A stretch of 32,000 nucleotides of DNA from Desulfotalea psychrophila LSv54. Lineage in GTDB: Bacteria > Desulfobacterota > Desulfobulbia > Desulfobulbales > Desulfocapsaceae. The notes under the pieces were generated by a model. It was given only the letters and a program-made list of their open reading frames with translations, did not search any database and had not been told where the DNA came from. Location: the NCBI RefSeq assembly GCF_000025945.1, contig NC_006138.1:2280001-2312000 (forward strand), in the 5' to 3' direction. This document shows, one piece after another, positions 28,360 to 32,000 of the stretch. A program made the position numbers and the translations under genes. Positions within the stretch are counted from its first letter, which is position 1, and every line of letters begins with the position of its first letter.

Positions 28360-29070
28360 ATGCTTAAGCAAACAACCTTCTCTGCAGCGCTTGTTTATTG
28401 CTTATCTAAAAAGGGATACGGTGCAAGTAGCCTTTGTGCAAAAAGTACAGGAATATCAAGTGGGTATTTAACAGAACTTAAAAAAGCGAAAAAGAAGGGC
28501 TCAGAAGAGCAAAGAAGACTGCTCGCCCTCTATTTTGAAATGAGCTATGAAGATTTCCTAGCAGCTGGAGAGCAAATTCTTGCAGGAAAAAATCCTACAG
28601 AATTAATCTCCACTAAAATACTTAAAAAAAGGGTTAAAAACCTTGGAATAACTCATAAAAGTATAAAAAAAATACCCCTTCTTTCATGGACAGAAGCGGC
28701 TGAATGGAGTACTACCTTAAAAAATACTCTATCCGCGACAATAAATGAGTGGATTACGGTGATCTGTAAGGCCGGCAAAACAGCCTTTGCCCTTAAGGTC
28801 ATGTGCCAATCGATGGAACCAGAATTTTGTCCGGGTGATATTATCATCGTCGATCCGGAAATTGCGCCTGAAACGGGGCGTTTTGTCATAGCTCAACTAG
28901 ACGGCCAATCTTCGGGCAGCGAGGCAACCCTGAAAAGGTTTGAACGAGACGGAGGTGACCTTTACCTGGTCTCCCTCAATGACAAGTATGGAGATAAAAA
29001 TGTGACGGATACAAACTTCAAAATCTGCGGTTGCGTGGTGCAGAAGATTAAAAATTATTCGATCGGATAA
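28360..29070 (+). CDS. Phage CI-type repressor with S24/LexA-like peptidase domain
   Basis: CQSMEPEFCPGDIIIVDPEIAPETGRFVIAQLDG (catalytic Ser context) plus N-terminal HTH-like region; divergent from the early operon. Confidence 0.8.
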   Translation: MLKQTTFSAALVYCLSKKGYGASSLCAKSTGISSGYLTELKKAKKKGSEEQRRLLALYFEMSYEDFLAAGEQILAGKNPTELISTKILKKRVKNLGITHKSIKKIPLLSWTEAAEWSTTLKNTLSATINEWITVICKAGKTAFALKVMCQSMEPEFCPGDIIIVDPEIAPETGRFVIAQLDGQSSGSEATLKRFERDGGDLYLVSLNDKYGDKNVTDTNFKICGCVVQKIKNYSIG

Positions 29071-29095
29071 AATATTTTTGTTCAGAAGGAATAGT

Positions 29096-30214
29096 ATGCC
29101 TAATATATTCACCTTTGCAACTAGCGAGCTCTCCACCTCCGCCTTCTATGCCTGGCTCTTAGAAAATCTCAATCCCAAATATACCTCCACCCCAGCGATT
29201 AAACAGGCCGCCCTGGATTTCACCAACCACTGCCTGACAAAAGTCAGTATCCCCACTCTTGCCGTGGCCGATATAAAGGCTCTTGAGGTTGCAACAGAGT
29301 ATCCACTGAACCCAAATTGCAGAATAGATATCTATGCAAAGTTTACGAGATACGGAGAAGACCCCATACATCTCTTCATCGAAAATAAGGTGCAGGCAAA
29401 CGAGACAAAAAAAGACCAACTCGTGCAATACCACGATGAGATAAAGAACAAGGAGACAAAAGGCCATATCACCGGAGATATTGCTGAAATTTACCTCAAA
29501 TCAGGCTACGATTTTGCAGATCCCCTGTGCTACAAAGACATTAAGGGAATAGTTGTCTCCAAAGGTGCTTTCAAAAAGATCAACTGGCAAGATCTCTGGG
29601 CAATATTCTCTCCCCATCGTGCTATAGGCAGTGATTTTGTTCGAGACATGGCGGCCTGCGTGGAGAATAAATACAACTTCATCGATAACCAAAGAAGTGC
29701 CACTACCCTTGCTGATTTCACCTTAAGTGATCATGTCGGCCAGTCTTTTCTTCTCCAAATCATCTTTCACTCTTACTTTACCACCAACGCCCCCCTTTAT
29801 ACATCCACAGCAAACAGCCGAACCAGAACCCACTATAACAACAAGTGCTACCTCCAGGTGGGTAACAGCAGAGGCAGATCCTGGACAAAATTTGTCCCCT
29901 GCCAGGGTCAGGACATCCTGAAATGTCGCATTGAGAAATTAGCTGGTGGTTACTTCCTAAGACTGGGTATTTATATTCCCAAGGCTGACTTGCCCACAAA
30001 ACTGACATACATCAAGACGCAACGTGATAAGATGCACGACGAAATTGATGTTGCAGGGCTTAGCTTTATCGAAAAACTTCTCCCTAGAAGAGGTAACCCC
30101 TCTGCTATCTTTTTTGCCCAAATCTACCTCGATAGTAAGACCAACACCCCAAGCATGGCAGATCTGCAAAAGCTCAACAGTGTTGTTCAAAACTATATTT
30201 CAATGAAGCCTTAG
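29096..30214 (+). CDS. PD-(D/E)XK nuclease family-like protein
   Basis: NCRIDIYAKFTRYGEDPIHLFIENKVQANETKKDQLVQYHDEI fits a D...(E)xK nuclease core; start at MPNIFTF rather than 29078. Confidence 0.65.
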   Translation: MPNIFTFATSELSTSAFYAWLLENLNPKYTSTPAIKQAALDFTNHCLTKVSIPTLAVADIKALEVATEYPLNPNCRIDIYAKFTRYGEDPIHLFIENKVQANETKKDQLVQYHDEIKNKETKGHITGDIAEIYLKSGYDFADPLCYKDIKGIVVSKGAFKKINWQDLWAIFSPHRAIGSDFVRDMAACVENKYNFIDNQRSATTLADFTLSDHVGQSFLLQIIFHSYFTTNAPLYTSTANSRTRTHYNNKCYLQVGNSRGRSWTKFVPCQGQDILKCRIEKLAGGYFLRLGIYIPKADLPTKLTYIKTQRDKMHDEIDVAGLSFIEKLLPRRGNPSAIFFAQIYLDSKTNTPSMADLQKLNSVVQNYISMKP

Positions 30215-30505
30215 CTCGATTAGACCCTTGGCCGTGGTGAGATAAACAGCAAGGTATCTCGCATAAAAGACAGAGCTCTTGATATAGTAGCAACGCCTTC
30301 TGCGGCTTTGTTTTAGCCACAGAAAATCTCTCCAAAGAGCGTCTTTCAACCTACAAACGATATACCATTTTAAGATGAGCACTAGCAAAAGCTTATCCAG
30401 CCAGTAAAACAGAGCGGTATTATCTGTAATAACTCAAAAATTTAAATTATTTGATTTAAAAAAAGTAACCGTGCTTTTGCACCTCTACATGCTAAGCAAT
30501 GGTTG

Positions 30506-30524
30506 ATATCATGTTTCATGATAT
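30506..30524. repeat. Perfect palindrome ATATCATG-TTT-CATGATAT
   Basis: 8-bp arms with 3-nt loop read directly. Confidence 0.8.
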
Positions 30525-30941
30525 GCTGATATTTCATGGTGGAAATTTTCTCCATTTATGCACTTAATGTTCTTTAATCATTGCTTAAAGCAAAGAATAA
30601 GTGTAGATCAGAAAAAAGTAATTTCAATCCTTTGTAAGGGATAAATATAGGTGTGTAGGTTGTAATGTTGGTAAACAGATTCGTTTGTTTTCCACTCGCA
30701 CTATGATGACATAGAATCATTGGGGTAAAATTTTCAAGCAACAAACAACTGTTTCACGGGCACTACACCAAAACACTGAAGCGGCCTATTCGCAAAAAGA
30801 TCAGGTTGTCGAAAAGTGCTAGGCTATATGTCAGCGGTACTTTTATAGAGAGAGCATTTTACTAAACAACAAATTGGCGTAACGACCAATAGCTGTGTGG
30901 TATGAAAAACAACTGAATTACAAATCAACAAAGGATGAAAT

Positions 30942-31913
30942 ATGTTTTCAACTGATTTATATGATAGCGTTTTACTTGCTCCAGCTACACAAGGTGCTGA
31001 CCATTTACATGTCATATCTGGATATGCAACTGCGGCAATGGCGTTTCGCCATATCAGGCATGTAAATAAACAAGGGCATGACATAAAGGTAGATTTAATA
31101 GTAGGTATGTGCCCTAATGATGGCCTGTCGATTAGTAATCACAACGGTTTTAAAAAACTTGTTGAAGATGATTTTGCTGGTAAATTCGAATGCTCTTATG
31201 TGATGGCATCACCTGCTATTCATTCAAAAGTTTATGTTTGGACAAAAGATAATAAACCTGTATTTGGTTTTGCTGGTTCTGCCAATTATACTCAAAATGC
31301 TTTTTTTTCCAAACAGCGTGAAGCAGTAGCCTCATGTGATCCTAACATCGCTTACGACTATTTCCAAAATTTACTCTCTGACACCATATGTTGCACACAC
31401 AATAATGTTGAAAACTCAATACAGTTATACAATGAAAATTACTCGAAAAAGAAGCTACAACTTGTGGAGCAAGGAGCGTTTGAGGAAACAACACCTGACC
31501 ATATAAAGGGGTTACCTAAAATAACAATCTCATTACTTGCAAATAATGGCACTTTGCCGCCACGTTCTGGATTAAACTGGGGACAACGCCCAGAACAACA
31601 CAGAGCGCCAAACCAAGCCTATATAAGATTACCTTCTACCGTTTACCGGACAGATTTTTTCCCGGAGAAGACAATTCAATTTACAGTTTTAACAGACGAT
31701 GGAGAAACAATAATGTGTACTCGTGCCCAAGAGAATGGGAAAGCAATACATAGTCCCCACAACAACAGTTTAATTGGGAAATATTTTAGGAATAGACTTG
31801 GATTAACTTCCGGTGTTTTGGTTACAAAAAACGATTTGACATCATACGGTCGTAGCGATATTACCTTTTATAAAATTGATGACGAAACATATTATATGGA
31901 TTTTTCAGTTTAG
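30942..31913 (+). CDS. NgoFVII-family-like restriction endonuclease / PLD-superfamily nuclease
   Basis: 323 aa; LHVISGYATAAMAF...AIHSKVYVWTKDNKPVFGFAGSANYTQNAF is the single PLD HxK...GSxN motif as in NgoFVII-type enzymes. Confidence 0.75.
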   Translation: MFSTDLYDSVLLAPATQGADHLHVISGYATAAMAFRHIRHVNKQGHDIKVDLIVGMCPNDGLSISNHNGFKKLVEDDFAGKFECSYVMASPAIHSKVYVWTKDNKPVFGFAGSANYTQNAFFSKQREAVASCDPNIAYDYFQNLLSDTICCTHNNVENSIQLYNENYSKKKLQLVEQGAFEETTPDHIKGLPKITISLLANNGTLPPRSGLNWGQRPEQHRAPNQAYIRLPSTVYRTDFFPEKTIQFTVLTDDGETIMCTRAQENGKAIHSPHNNSLIGKYFRNRLGLTSGVLVTKNDLTSYGRSDITFYKIDDETYYMDFSV

Positions 31914-31956
31914 CTGTGAATGGACAACTTTCCCGAGTTTTATTGCGTAAATCATG

Positions 31957-32000
31957 GGTCATGATGCCAAAACGTTGAAGTAATAGTATAGTGTATTCTT
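31957..32000 (+). mobile_element. Second IS1-family-like end, truncated by the window edge
   Basis: ggtcatgatgccaaaacgttgaagtaatagtatagtgt; 23/24 nt identical to the IS1-like end at 21130, same orientation. Confidence 0.65.

Noticed and set aside
29159-30388. Minus-strand ORFs over the PD-(D/E)XK gene and downstream
   Set aside because: Antisense to a coherent long plus-strand ORF with a nuclease motif.
30824-31084. Minus-strand ORF overlapping the 5' end of the NgoFVII-like gene
   Set aside because: Antisense to a motif-bearing plus-strand gene; no independent support.

Overview
The window has three parts. (1) ~1-14.1 kb: a minus-strand phage late module (tail/unknown genes, N4-gp56-like major capsid, acidic scaffold-like protein, portal with a (PNGV)n tail, large and small terminase, holin-like, DUF5675-like and antiterminator-like genes), then a tyrosine recombinase with a tRNA-3'-end-like sequence just beyond its stop codon. 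(2) ~14.4-21.0 kb: an AT-rich plus-strand accessory block. Its genes are separated by sequences with the geometry of integron attC sites (AAC-5nt-L''...L'-5nt-GTT, with extrahelical bases). No integron integrase is visible, so it resembles a CALIN-type cassette cluster. Its genes look defence- or signalling-like: a P-loop ATPase, an HNH protein with a DGQHR-like motif (apparently frameshifted), a protein with a DisA_N/DAC-like diadenylate cyclase signature plus a zinc ribbon, a protein with a HEPN-like RX4H motif, and a membrane plus soluble-domain protein. (3) ~21.1-32 kb: an unannotated IS1-family remnant, an HD-GYP protein, an AP2-like protein, phage early/replication genes, divergent regulators with an S24-type repressor, a PD-(D/E)XK-like nuclease gene, an NgoFVII/PLD-like nuclease gene, and a second IS1-like end at the right edge. 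The best candidate for something undescribed is the attC-like-bounded cluster, especially the divergent diadenylate-cyclase-like gene. All family assignments are motif-based reading of the sequence; no database search was run.
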